From contig MFZO01000044.1 of NCBI GenBank assembly GCA_001788015.1, forward strand, positions 1 to 62,393: a stretch of DNA of 62,393 nt, in the 5' to 3' direction. The DNA is from Candidatus Roizmanbacteria bacterium RIFCSPHIGHO2_02_FULL_38_11 (GTDB lineage Bacteria; Patescibacteriota; Microgenomatia; UBA1406; GWC2-37-13). Below, piece by piece: positions 18,796 through 28,199 of the stretch. How positions within the stretch are numbered: position 1 is the stretch's first letter; every line of letters begins with the position of its first letter. Both the position numbers and the translations under genes were made by a program. The notes below the pieces were generated by a model. The model was given only the letters and a program-made list of their open reading frames with translations. It made no database searches and was not told the origin of the DNA.

Positions 18796-20559
18796 ATGCT
18801 ACAACCGAATTTTGCAGTTTATCTTGGTAAGGAAAAAGAAGGAGGATTTTTTGGTTTTATAGCTGAACGTAATTTATTTCTTATTATTGAGGTTGAGGAC
18901 GGAATTAATGCAGAACAAGGTCGGGAGATAGTCCAAAAGATAAAGGATGAAGCGGCAGCTTTCTCAATCGATAATTTAGCATCGTTTGACCAATTTATTT
19001 CTCAGATTGTCACTAAGTATAACTTTCCGTCTTCGTTTTCATTGGTAGCGAGTTATTACAATGAGAAGATCCTGTACTTGAAAACGGTGGGACAGGGTAT
19101 GATATTCCTGCACCGAGGAAGCGATTTCGCCCAAATTATAGAAAAAGATAACAGCGCGTCAGGATATTTAGAAAACAGGGATTTTTTTATTCTTACCACT
19201 AAGAGACTGATTGATGTTTTAGGTTCAGATATAGAATTGAAGACGATTTTTGATCATAAAAGTCCCGATGAGATAGTTGCAGATTTAACGCCTTCATTAA
19301 AGGAAAAAGATGATCAAGGAGCCATAGCTTTATTGATCCGGTTTAATGAGGAAGAAACAAGACAGGTTGAAACCATTGACATGAAGGAGCAACAAAAGGT
19401 TAATCCGCTTGATCAGATTAAAAATACCGGTAAGACTTTTTTTGGGATGTTTAAAGCATACTCTCAAAGATCAGGGAAGAGAAAGGTTTTCACCGTTGTT
19501 GCCATTGTCGTCATTTTTTTTGTCCTTATTTGGAGTGTGGTGTTAGGTTATCAAAGAAGAAATCAGGCAGAAGCGAATAAAATAATAAAGTCAACTAAAG
19601 AATTGGTAAACCTAAAGCTGGATCAAGCAGAAGAGGTGGCTTTTTTAAATCTTCCCAGATCTCTTGCGCTAATTTCAGAAGCAAAAGAAGAAGTAGGAAA
19701 ACTCAAAAAGCAACTTGGTAAACAAAAAGAGAAAGAAGTGGAAGAGCTTGAGCAATTAATTAAAGAAAAAGAAGGCAAGATAGTCAAGAAAGAAGAAAAA
19801 AAATATGAAGAGTTTTATAACCTAACTCTGGATCGCAAAGATGCTAAAGGCAATAAATTTTATTTAGAAAAGGACAACTTAAGCATTATAGATAAAGGAA
19901 AAGGAACGATCTATATTTTGTCTCTGAGTAAAAAATCGCTAGATAAAAAGAACGCTTCAGAAATAAAAAAGGCTAGCTTAGTTTCCACATATCAGGATTA
20001 TGTATTGTTTTACATTGAAGGCGAGGGCATATATAAAACATCAGCCGACGGAAAAACTAAAAAAGCGATAGAAAATGATAAAGACTGGGAAAGCATTTCC
20101 GATATTTGGATTTATAACGGCAACGTTTATCTTTTAGATTCTGGAAAAGGAGATATCTATAAATATCTTGTGGCCGAAAACGGTTATTCGGCAAAAAGTT
20201 CATATCTTAAGGATGAGGCGGGTAGCATTAAAGGAGCGAATTCTTTAGCGATAGATTCTTCTGTCTACATTGGATTGGATGACCGTATTATCAAATATAC
20301 AGCCGGAGCACGTGATGAATTTTCCACCTCTTGGCCGGAAAATAACGTTAAATTGACTAAAATTTTCACCAGCGCTGACGTTGAAAAAGTGTATGGTTGG
20401 GATAAAAGCAATGGAGCAATCTATATCTTAGGAAAAAATGGTACATATGAAAAGCAAATTAACTCGAGTATTTTGTCAAAAGCTTCGGACTTTGTAGTTT
20501 TCAACAACACCGCATATATTTTAGTCGGTGAGAAGATTTATAAGATTGAATTAGAATAG
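18796..20559 (+). CDS. bitopic membrane protein (587 aa): cytoplasmic N-domain, TM, coiled coil, beta-rich C-domain
   Basis: TM at VFTVVAIVVIFFVLIWSVVLGY; K/E-rich coiled coil; C-terminal repeats of hydrophobic-Y-(I/L)-L-D/G type. Confidence 0.5.
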   Translation: MLQPNFAVYLGKEKEGGFFGFIAERNLFLIIEVEDGINAEQGREIVQKIKDEAAAFSIDNLASFDQFISQIVTKYNFPSSFSLVASYYNEKILYLKTVGQGMIFLHRGSDFAQIIEKDNSASGYLENRDFFILTTKRLIDVLGSDIELKTIFDHKSPDEIVADLTPSLKEKDDQGAIALLIRFNEEETRQVETIDMKEQQKVNPLDQIKNTGKTFFGMFKAYSQRSGKRKVFTVVAIVVIFFVLIWSVVLGYQRRNQAEANKIIKSTKELVNLKLDQAEEVAFLNLPRSLALISEAKEEVGKLKKQLGKQKEKEVEELEQLIKEKEGKIVKKEEKKYEEFYNLTLDRKDAKGNKFYLEKDNLSIIDKGKGTIYILSLSKKSLDKKNASEIKKASLVSTYQDYVLFYIEGEGIYKTSADGKTKKAIENDKDWESISDIWIYNGNVYLLDSGKGDIYKYLVAENGYSAKSSYLKDEAGSIKGANSLAIDSSVYIGLDDRIIKYTAGARDEFSTSWPENNVKLTKIFTSADVEKVYGWDKSNGAIYILGKNGTYEKQINSSILSKASDFVVFNNTAYILVGEKIYKIELE

Positions 20560-20581
20560 CTATATTCAAGTATTAAATCAT

Positions 20582-21580
20582 ATGATTGATTTAAATCCTC
20601 CTGAGGGTTGGACAAAAGACGGTAGTGATTTGCCAGGCGATCAATATTTAGAATTACGTCGAGAAGTACAATTAATAAAGAAACCTTCAGATTGTGAAGT
20701 CGTTAAATATCAGCCTCCACAACCTTTTATTGTGTTACCAGACTATGATCCGGAAAATAAGACGCGTAGATTTATCAGATTAACAGAAACAGGATTAGTA
20801 GTTACTTACAATCAAGAATTAGATTATTATCATTATCTTAAAGGAAAAGACTCAAGCGTTAATTTTGATATGTATCTTTCAGCTGAAGCGAGGAAACTTA
20901 TGACGCAGTTGGGTTGGAAAAGAATAAGAGATTTATTTCAGATAGATATAGAATATATTAATAATAAGCCTTTCGGTGCAAGATCGCTAGATCCAACAAG
21001 AGAACTAAATGAAGCCCAGATAAGAAGGAGTATTAATAAAGTTTCTGATGAATTACAAAAAGTCATAGGAATTCCAATAGCGATAAAAGGGACAGGGAAG
21101 ATAGTTAATCCAGTTTATGAGTGGGAGTTTAATAGAGTCAGAGAAGATTTAATTGGGCAGTATTTAAGAATGAGGCAACTACAAGTTGAAGCAAGAACCG
21201 TATTAACAGATGAGCAAAAACGGATAATCGAACTTTTACCAGTTTACGGCGTAATAAAATATCCTATTGAAACTAAAGAAAAATATCAGGAATGGTTAAT
21301 TATGAAGAAGGTTGTAGATGGAAAAATGGTTAAGGATGTTCCATATGTAATGGCGATGCCAGGTGCGCGTCCAGAAGATAGTATTAAATATGGTTTTGAT
21401 GATGATAAATATTCGGAGTTGGCTGGGGCTTTAGGATTAAGAAGACATCCTTTATGGAGTGATGCTCTACGTAGTTTAAGATCGCAAGGTTTAAGTATTA
21501 GTGACCTTGCGGGAAGAAATATCTTAGAGCAAATGACTCCAAGTGGAGGAAAACGTTATACTATTATCGATCAAAAATAG
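20582..21580 (+). CDS. hypothetical protein (332 aa)
   Basis: Clean ORF; no motif recognised. Confidence 0.5.
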   Translation: MIDLNPPEGWTKDGSDLPGDQYLELRREVQLIKKPSDCEVVKYQPPQPFIVLPDYDPENKTRRFIRLTETGLVVTYNQELDYYHYLKGKDSSVNFDMYLSAEARKLMTQLGWKRIRDLFQIDIEYINNKPFGARSLDPTRELNEAQIRRSINKVSDELQKVIGIPIAIKGTGKIVNPVYEWEFNRVREDLIGQYLRMRQLQVEARTVLTDEQKRIIELLPVYGVIKYPIETKEKYQEWLIMKKVVDGKMVKDVPYVMAMPGARPEDSIKYGFDDDKYSELAGALGLRRHPLWSDALRSLRSQGLSISDLAGRNILEQMTPSGGKRYTIIDQK

Positions 21581-21708
21581 AGATGGTGAATAAGCAAATT
21601 ACACAAAGATCACCAATGAATTTTCTTTTACTTAAAGGAACTGTAAAAGGAAATAAAAAATTTAATGATAAAAAAGCTGATAGAAAAGTAAAAGAGTTTA
21701 TTAAAAAG

Positions 21709-23139
21709 TCATATAAGTAAAAAATAAGAAAGTGGAACGGTTACCGCATTTTTTTCTTCATTGAGTTTTAATGGAGCCGTGGAAATAACTAATCCATATT
21801 TTGATTTAACTCTTTTATTTGTATTACTAATCTGCAAGAAACCTTTTTCCCCATAACCTGATTCCAAAATAATATTATCTTGACCAACTCTGATGATAAA
21901 ATCAGCGCCTCCCTGAGAACTATCGTATGTAAGCGAATAAGCTGAAGCCCACAAATTTCTGGTAAGATAAAGACCAATGGTATCTTCAAGTAGTTTACCC
22001 ATATAACTAGTTTCACCAATTGTATTGCTTATGAAGTTGTAATACATTGACCTGAAGGCGGGAGAGGCAAATAAATATTTTGATGGTTTTCTCACCTGCG
22101 TCATATGAGAACCATACGGATAAATTCTGATTAAGGTTTCTGTTTTTTCTAGAATTGATAAAATTTCGGTTAGGGTTATTTTACTGATATCTAAATCTTT
22201 TGCTAGGTTTGTAACGCTCAACATATCAGATGCAGCTACTGTATATAGAACCTCCGGAATTTTTGAGATGATGTCGCTTTTAAATTGACTTTGCTCGACT
22301 ATATCTATACTAACAATACGGTCGATAATTTTTTTTATTTGATCATATACAAGGCCTTCGTTTTTCAGTTTTACCGCAAATGGTAAAGTGCCATATTTCA
22401 TGTATCTGTCAATTTCCATTCTTTCAATATCTAACCAATATTTTCTAACTTTTGGTTCTAGGAATTTAACTGATGTATAAACCCGCTCTGCGTTATTAGA
22501 TTTAAAAATTGCTGTTCTTAAGTCATTGGCTAATCCTGAAATTTCGAATTTGGTGTTTTTAATTTTTATATACTCAGTAAAGCTCATCGGAAATAATTTT
22601 TCCGATATTGTTCTTCTGGCAACGTCTGGATTGTTTTGTAATGATAAAGCCGATGATCCAGTTGCAAAAATAAATATTTTATTAGTTCTATCATAGATAG
22701 ATTTAAGTGTTATGGCCCATTTCTTGTCGTATTGCACTTCATCCAAAAAGAGGATAAGAGGTTTTTCTAATCTCTCAAATGCAGTTCCAATGATTTCTTC
22801 GTAAACTGTTAAAACTTCAATTAAAGATACACCAATAAGTTGGGTTATTTGATCTACGGATAAATACAATTTATCTACTCGTTGAGTATCAGTTTCAAAA
22901 TAGAGTTGAGATAAGAGAGTCGTTTTTCCTACTCCTCTAAACCCAGTGATGACTAACCAGCGAATCGCAATTTGACCAGATATAAAGTTTCTAAGAAACA
23001 TCCGCAATCTTACAAAGCAATTACGGGTAGGGTTCTTATTATTATTTTCATCAAACACATACGCTCTTGCTCTAAAATCCGCTTGAGCAATCTGATCCTG
23101 CAAATATTTAAATATTTTCTCCTTTTTTTCAGTTGTCAT
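21709..23139 (-). CDS. AAA ATPase with DUF4143-type C-terminal domain
   Basis: Walker A GFRGVGKTTLL, Walker B ILFLDEVQY; 476 aa, the usual AAA_14 plus DUF4143 architecture. Confidence 0.75.
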   Translation of the reverse strand: MTTEKKEKIFKYLQDQIAQADFRARAYVFDENNNKNPTRNCFVRLRMFLRNFISGQIAIRWLVITGFRGVGKTTLLSQLYFETDTQRVDKLYLSVDQITQLIGVSLIEVLTVYEEIIGTAFERLEKPLILFLDEVQYDKKWAITLKSIYDRTNKIFIFATGSSALSLQNNPDVARRTISEKLFPMSFTEYIKIKNTKFEISGLANDLRTAIFKSNNAERVYTSVKFLEPKVRKYWLDIERMEIDRYMKYGTLPFAVKLKNEGLVYDQIKKIIDRIVSIDIVEQSQFKSDIISKIPEVLYTVAASDMLSVTNLAKDLDISKITLTEILSILEKTETLIRIYPYGSHMTQVRKPSKYLFASPAFRSMYYNFISNTIGETSYMGKLLEDTIGLYLTRNLWASAYSLTYDSSQGGADFIIRVGQDNIILESGYGEKGFLQISNTNKRVKSKYGLVISTAPLKLNEEKNAVTVPLSYFLLI

Positions 23140-23235
23140 AAGACTAGTATATTGTAGTATACTAGAAATGTCAAGTACTAGTATATTCTAGTAGACTAGA
23201 CGCGATTTCCTTATATATTAGATTTATTTAGTAGG

Positions 23236-24114
23236 TTATTCAATAAAATCTTTTTCCTCTTTTTTTAATGAAGCAACGTAGGCGGCGGGAATTTGAAATA
23301 TAAATTCAGATGTTGATGCCTTTGCAAAATAATTATTTTCATCCTGTTGATAAAATTCGACAGATTTTTCTTGACTGCCTTCCTTAATTTTTATACTGTC
23401 TGGCACTACTGCTGGAAGATTTGTTTCTTTTGGAAGAATATCGGTTGCCTTTAGTGTTTTAAGGTCGTTTATAAAAAAATCAACGCGATCTTTTTTGGCT
23501 GTTTTGTTTCCAATTTTCCAATCGCTCTTTTGTTTTAAAAGAGTTGTCAGTATATCGTTATAGCCAATATCAATCAACGTGACTTTTGTTTCATCGTTTA
23601 TAAGACGGACTAGAAGATCCCGATAGTCATCCGAAGTAAACGCTTCATCAAATCCTTCTGCTGTAAAAACTTCATTTTCGTCACCGATCCGTATATAGTT
23701 TTTTGCTATTCCCGATGAGTTGCCTATGTAAAATACATAAGATTTACCTTTTGTTTTGACTTCTATTTTTTGTCTGTCTATACCCAGTTCTTTATGTTTA
23801 TTCTTGTTATTTGAGACGACGTCACCTTTAATCAAGTTGACAATACCGTTTACTATTTTATTTATTCTCTCCTCATCGGCTCTGAACTCATTGTTGTCTT
23901 TTTTGAAATACCAAAGTTTATCCTTTTTATAAAGTTGGATAATCTTGTCATTAGTTAAAAGCATCTCTCTAATTTGTTCTTTTTTAAGCGATGAAAATAG
24001 TTGATTCGGTTTTTGGATTAAGAATTGTGGAAGCTGATTTTTTAAAATAAATATAACTGCAGCGATTAGAAGAATTATCATCAGCTGTATAAGTCTTGTT
24101 CGGTTACGTTTCAT
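23236..24114 (-). CDS. membrane-anchored hypothetical protein (DUF4340-like?)
   Basis: N-terminal anchor LIQLMIILLIAAVIFIL; family guess only. Confidence 0.4.
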   Translation of the reverse strand: MKRNRTRLIQLMIILLIAAVIFILKNQLPQFLIQKPNQLFSSLKKEQIREMLLTNDKIIQLYKKDKLWYFKKDNNEFRADEERINKIVNGIVNLIKGDVVSNNKNKHKELGIDRQKIEVKTKGKSYVFYIGNSSGIAKNYIRIGDENEVFTAEGFDEAFTSDDYRDLLVRLINDETKVTLIDIGYNDILTTLLKQKSDWKIGNKTAKKDRVDFFINDLKTLKATDILPKETNLPAVVPDSIKIKEGSQEKSVEFYQQDENNYFAKASTSEFIFQIPAAYVASLKKEEKDFIE

Positions 24115-24158
24115 ACTATGATAGAATATTATAGCAAGTCAAACTTGCCTATGCCAAC

Positions 24159-24713
24159 ATGTTAAATGGAGAAGAAGAAAAAACTTTAGTTCAAAAGATT
24201 ATACACAAGGATGAAAAAGCCTTACTTACTATATATCGTTTATACAAAAAATCCATTCATAATTTTATTTATCGAAAACTGAAAGACTATCATACCGCAG
24301 AAGAAATCACGCAAGACGTTTTTTTAGATTTCATAGAGGCTCTACGTGATTTCCGCTTTCAAAGTTCGATAAAAACCTTTCTCTATTCTATCGCCCGAAA
24401 TAAGACGATTGACTTTATCAGGAAAAAAAAGCTCAAAAAAATTCTTTTTTCTGCTCTTCCGCCGTATTTTATTGAAGGTCTAAAAACTATATTTATTGAC
24501 GAAGAGCTTGAGAAAAAAGAGCTTTCCAAAAAGATAAAGGAAACCTTAGAGATGTTGCCAAATGATTATCAATTTGTTTTGAGACTCAAATACATGGAAG
24601 GCGAAAAAGTAAATAATATTGCAAAAAAGTTAGCATTAGGTTTTAAGGCAACCGAAAGTTTATTATTTAGGGCGCGCAAGGCATTTATTAAAGTTTTCGA
24701 AACTTTACCATAG
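24159..24713 (+). CDS. ECF-type RNA polymerase sigma-70 factor
   Basis: Region 2 (AEEITQDVFLDF..ARNKTIDFIRKK) and region 4 HTH (NIAKKLALGFKATESLLFRARKAF). Confidence 0.85.
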   Translation: MLNGEEEKTLVQKIIHKDEKALLTIYRLYKKSIHNFIYRKLKDYHTAEEITQDVFLDFIEALRDFRFQSSIKTFLYSIARNKTIDFIRKKKLKKILFSALPPYFIEGLKTIFIDEELEKKELSKKIKETLEMLPNDYQFVLRLKYMEGEKVNNIAKKLALGFKATESLLFRARKAFIKVFETLP

Positions 24714-24721
24714 TCATTTAT

Positions 24722-24786
24722 GTCATGCTGAACTAGTTTCAGCATCTGATTTTAGATAGCAGATCCTGAAATAAATTCAGGATGAC
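24722..24786. repeat. GTCAT...ATGAC hairpin element (2 modules)
   Basis: GTCATGCTGAActagtTTCAGCATC plus GATCCTGAAataaaTTCAGGATGAC. Confidence 0.75.
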
Positions 24787-24797
24787 ACAAAGAGCGA

Positions 24798-25031
24798 ATG
24801 AAAACATTTCAATATAAGCTTCAAAGAAAATTAGATGAAGTTTATTCGGTTGAGTCAAACGATCTTGGCGTTGATCTTTTGACTTTTATTTATAAGAAAA
24901 GTACTTCATACCTTAAGAGTTTGCCCTTTGTGATTATAATTCCTTTGTCTTTATTTGTTGCGGTTTTGGTTTATCTTTTAATCGGGCGTATAGCTATTAA
25001 AGTGACATCCTTACTGCAATATGGATTTTAG
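24798..25031 (+). CDS. small single-TM protein (77 aa), candidate anti-sigma partner
   Basis: One TM helix; positioned downstream of the ECF sigma gene. The anti-sigma function is conjecture. Confidence 0.35.
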   Translation: MKTFQYKLQRKLDEVYSVESNDLGVDLLTFIYKKSTSYLKSLPFVIIIPLSLFVAVLVYLLIGRIAIKVTSLLQYGF

Positions 25032-25638
25032 TAAACACGGTTTTACAGTTGACTTATTATCTTCTTTTGTTTTAGTTGTCAGGAATTTTTTTCTTCTAAC
25101 ATTCTTCCCTTATAAAGCCATGCGGAAGATTGCAGAAGGAAAAGATTATTGGCAGATCGGGATAATATTTAGTCTAGTTTTTATCTATTTTAAGTTTGCC
25201 TATTTTTTGCGTGATAAACCGTATCCAGCGACCTTTATTTTTTTTGTATTTTTATTGCATTTTTTTTTGAGTGTATTTTTTTTCTATTTTCTGTCTTCGA
25301 TTGCAAAAAAAAATCTGAAGATTTCAAGTTTTATTTTTACTTTTTCATACGCTCTTTTACCAACACTCATTTGGTTTTCAACGACCTCAGTTTTATTTAT
25401 TGTTCTTCCGCCCCCACGTACTTTTTCTTTAACGGGTGGGGCTTTTACTATCTTTTTTACAGCTTATTCGTTGAGTCTTTTGGCTTGGAAAGTTATTTTG
25501 GTTTATCTGGCAATCCGTTTTTCAACAAAACTTAATTTTTATCGGGTTGTTTACCTTATGATTTTGTATTTTGCCTGGTTTATACCTTATTCAGTACTTC
25601 TTTACTACAACAGAATCTTCAGAATTCCATTTATTTGA
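25021..25638 (+). CDS. polytopic membrane protein (205 aa, Yip1-like topology)
   Basis: 5 hydrophobic helices; overlaps the upstream ORF by 11 nt. Confidence 0.5.
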   Translation: MDFSKHGFTVDLLSSFVLVVRNFFLLTFFPYKAMRKIAEGKDYWQIGIIFSLVFIYFKFAYFLRDKPYPATFIFFVFLLHFFLSVFFFYFLSSIAKKNLKISSFIFTFSYALLPTLIWFSTTSVLFIVLPPPRTFSLTGGAFTIFFTAYSLSLLAWKVILVYLAIRFSTKLNFYRVVYLMILYFAWFIPYSVLLYYNRIFRIPFI

Positions 25639-25813
25639 AGGTGGGTCATTAATTCACCTTCATCCCGAAGCCACGTCAGACGTGGCGAATGCTATAGGCG
25701 AGGGATCTAATAACCTATGAGATCCTTCGACTCCCCTTCGACTTTGCTCAGGGTCCCTCAGAGCTTGTCCTGAACTTGATTCAGGAATAAACGTGGGAAT
25801 TACGCCCCACGTT
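25637..25813. repeat. composite array of at least 5 hairpin modules
   Basis: GAAGGTG..CACCTTC; GCCACGTCAGACGTGGC; GGATCT..GATCC; TCCTGAActtgaTTCAGGA; AACGTGGG..CCCACGTT. Confidence 0.7.
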
Positions 25814-25829
25814 CATTTATTTAGAAGGA

Positions 25830-27008
25830 ATGATTTTATCTTCACCTTCGACTTTAATAGATGTGAACACCTCTAACTTGTTTAAAAGATTATCGGAATT
25901 TAAAAGCCCAAAAGAACGTCGTGATTTTTTGAAAAATAAACTCAAAATAAAATTAGACTTAATAGAAAAGGCTCTAGTTGAAAAAGAAAAAGATTTACAT
26001 TGCGAGAATTTGGTCGGAGCAACAATATTGCCGTTGGGAGTTGCAGGACCGTTAAAAATTGAAAGTGAAAAGTTAAAAGTTAAAAGTTATTATATCCCTT
26101 TGGCTACCACAGAGGGCGCTTTGGTGGCCTCGGTAAATCGAGGCTGTAAGGCTATTACACTATCGGGCGGTGCTTATGTGAATACTCATAGAATTGGAGC
26201 AACAAGAGGGCCGGTTTTTTACACTGGTTCTATTAGAAAGGGTGAATATTTTTATCGATGGCTAAAGAAAAATAGCGATCAAATTGCTAAAGTTGCAGAA
26301 AGTACATCTTCTCATCTTAAATTCAAAAAATACGACATCAAAACAGTAGCAGATTATGCCTATGTTCGGTTTTATTACGATACACAGGACGCTATGGGAA
26401 TGAATATGGCTACAATCGCTACTCAAAAGATAATTGAGATGATTGAAAAAGAAACAAAAATAAAATGTCTATCTATAGCAGGAAATTTTGACAATGATAA
26501 AAAACCTGCCTGGATTAACTTTATCAATAATCGTGGGTTTAAGGCATGGGGAGAGGTAATTCTTTCAAAAAAAGTTATCAGAGAAGTTTTGAAATCAAGA
26601 GCCGAAGATATTTTTGAAGTCTGGTTGGCAAAATGTATGGTTGGTTCCGCAATGAGTGGATCTTCGGGATTTAACTCTCATTTCGCTAATGTTATTGCAG
26701 CCTTTTTTGCAGCAACTGGCCAAGATCTGGCTCATGTAGTTGAGGGAAGTTTGGGAATAACCATTGTTAAAGTTTTAGACAATGGAAGTCTATATTTTTC
26801 TGTTTATTTACCGGCACTAATGCTTGGAACAGTTGGAGGTGGAACGCAATTAAAAACAAAACAAGAAGCGCTTTCTATTGTTGGAGCAAAAACATCTCTA
26901 GAATTGGCAGAAGTTTTGGCTGGTGTAGTGCTGGCAGGAGAGATATCACTTTTGGCATCCTTAGCTGAAGGAACTTTGGCTAAGGTGCATGAGAGACTAG
27001 GACGTTAA
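25830..27008 (+). CDS. hmgA: HMG-CoA reductase, class I, soluble
   Basis: ENLVGATILPLGVAGPL, DAMGMNM and GTVGGGT motifs; 392 aa. Confidence 0.9.
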   Translation: MILSSPSTLIDVNTSNLFKRLSEFKSPKERRDFLKNKLKIKLDLIEKALVEKEKDLHCENLVGATILPLGVAGPLKIESEKLKVKSYYIPLATTEGALVASVNRGCKAITLSGGAYVNTHRIGATRGPVFYTGSIRKGEYFYRWLKKNSDQIAKVAESTSSHLKFKKYDIKTVADYAYVRFYYDTQDAMGMNMATIATQKIIEMIEKETKIKCLSIAGNFDNDKKPAWINFINNRGFKAWGEVILSKKVIREVLKSRAEDIFEVWLAKCMVGSAMSGSSGFNSHFANVIAAFFAATGQDLAHVVEGSLGITIVKVLDNGSLYFSVYLPALMLGTVGGGTQLKTKQEALSIVGAKTSLELAEVLAGVVLAGEISLLASLAEGTLAKVHERLGR

Positions 27009-27027
27009 AAATTAATAATTAATCAAT

Positions 27028-27085
27028 GTCATGCTGAACTTGTTTCAGCATCTGTTTTGAGATCCCGAAACAAGTTCGGGATGAC
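27028..27085. repeat. GTCAT...ATGAC hairpin element (2 modules)
   Basis: GTCATGCTGAActtgtTTCAGCATC plus GATCCCGAAacaagTTCGGGATGAC. Confidence 0.75.
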
Positions 27086-27095
27086 GTAATGAATT

Positions 27096-28118
27096 ATGGT
27101 TGGTATAGTTTCCTACGGTTTTTATATTCCAAAGTATCGTATAAAAGTCGAAGAGATAGCAAAAGTTTGGGGTAAGAATCCGGAAGATGTAAAAAAATCC
27201 CTGCAGATAAATGAGAAAGCCGTTTCTAGCAACGACGAGGACTCTTTAACTATGGCTTACGAATCTGCCTCCATGGCCTTAGACGATTTGCCATTGAAAA
27301 AAGATGATATTAAAGTAATTTTTTTTGGATCAGAAACCTCTCCTTATGTAGTCAACCCTGCCTCGACTATTCTAGGTGAGTTTTTAGGAATAGATCATAA
27401 CTATCTTGCCTATGATACGCAGTTTGCCTGTAAAGCGACAACAGGCGCATTGATATCAGGAGTATCTCTAATTAAGTCAAATTTTACGAAATATGCCTTG
27501 ATTGTTGCTTCTGATAAAGCCAATGCTAAACCGCATGATGCACTTGAATATACTACCTCGTCAGGGTCGACTGCCTTTTTATTAGGAAAAGAAAATGTAG
27601 CCTTAGAAATTATTGCTGCAAATTCTTATTCTTCTGATACGCCAGATTTCTGGAGAAGAGAAGGAATCCGTTACCCTTCGCATGGAGGAAGATTTACCGG
27701 CAAACCATCTTATTTTTTTCATATAAATCAGGCTGTAAAAAAATTGCTTGATAAAACCAATTTAAAACCTTCGGACTTTACTTATGCTGTTTTTCACATG
27801 CCAAACGGCAAATTTCCCCGGGAAGTTGCCAGATCCTTAGGATTTTCGAGTGACCAGATTGAACCTTCTTTGATAGTTGATTATTTAGGTAATTCTTATA
27901 CTGCTACAGCCTTAATGGGTTTAGTTTCGGTCTTGGAAAAAGCAAAAAGTGGAGAGATGATTCTGCTCGCTTCTTATGGATCCGGTGCAGGTTCAGATAC
28001 ATTTGTTTTTAAAGTAACAAGTCATTTGGAAAAAAGAAGAAAAACTTTTAGAAAATTGATTGAAGATAAAAAATATATCGATTACCCAACCTATTTGAAG
28101 TTTATGAACACGATTTAA
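27096..28118 (+). CDS. HMG-CoA synthase, archaeal-type short form
   Basis: VGIVSYGFYIPKYRIKVEEIAKVWG N-terminus; 340 aa; condensing-enzyme fold motifs (FACKATTGAL, HMPNGKF, GNSYTA). Confidence 0.85.
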   Translation: MVGIVSYGFYIPKYRIKVEEIAKVWGKNPEDVKKSLQINEKAVSSNDEDSLTMAYESASMALDDLPLKKDDIKVIFFGSETSPYVVNPASTILGEFLGIDHNYLAYDTQFACKATTGALISGVSLIKSNFTKYALIVASDKANAKPHDALEYTTSSGSTAFLLGKENVALEIIAANSYSSDTPDFWRREGIRYPSHGGRFTGKPSYFFHINQAVKKLLDKTNLKPSDFTYAVFHMPNGKFPREVARSLGFSSDQIEPSLIVDYLGNSYTATALMGLVSVLEKAKSGEMILLASYGSGAGSDTFVFKVTSHLEKRRKTFRKLIEDKKYIDYPTYLKFMNTI

Positions 28119-28199
28119 GAAAGTCAATTAGTTAGTTTGTTAGTTAATTGCTTAGTTTTAAATCTAATTTACTAATAACTAAGTAACCAAAAAACTACT
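28119..28199. repeat. AT-rich TTAGTT/AACTAA inverted-repeat spacer
   Basis: ttagttagtttgttagttaattgcttagtt ... actaataactaagtaac; cttagtt pairs with aactaag. Confidence 0.5.

Noticed and set aside
21592-21729. 45-aa Lys-rich ORF (MVNKQITQRS...) in the gap after the 332-aa gene
   Set aside because: No promoter or RBS is evident, its end overlaps the convergent ATPase gene, and it cannot be distinguished from chance in AT-rich DNA.
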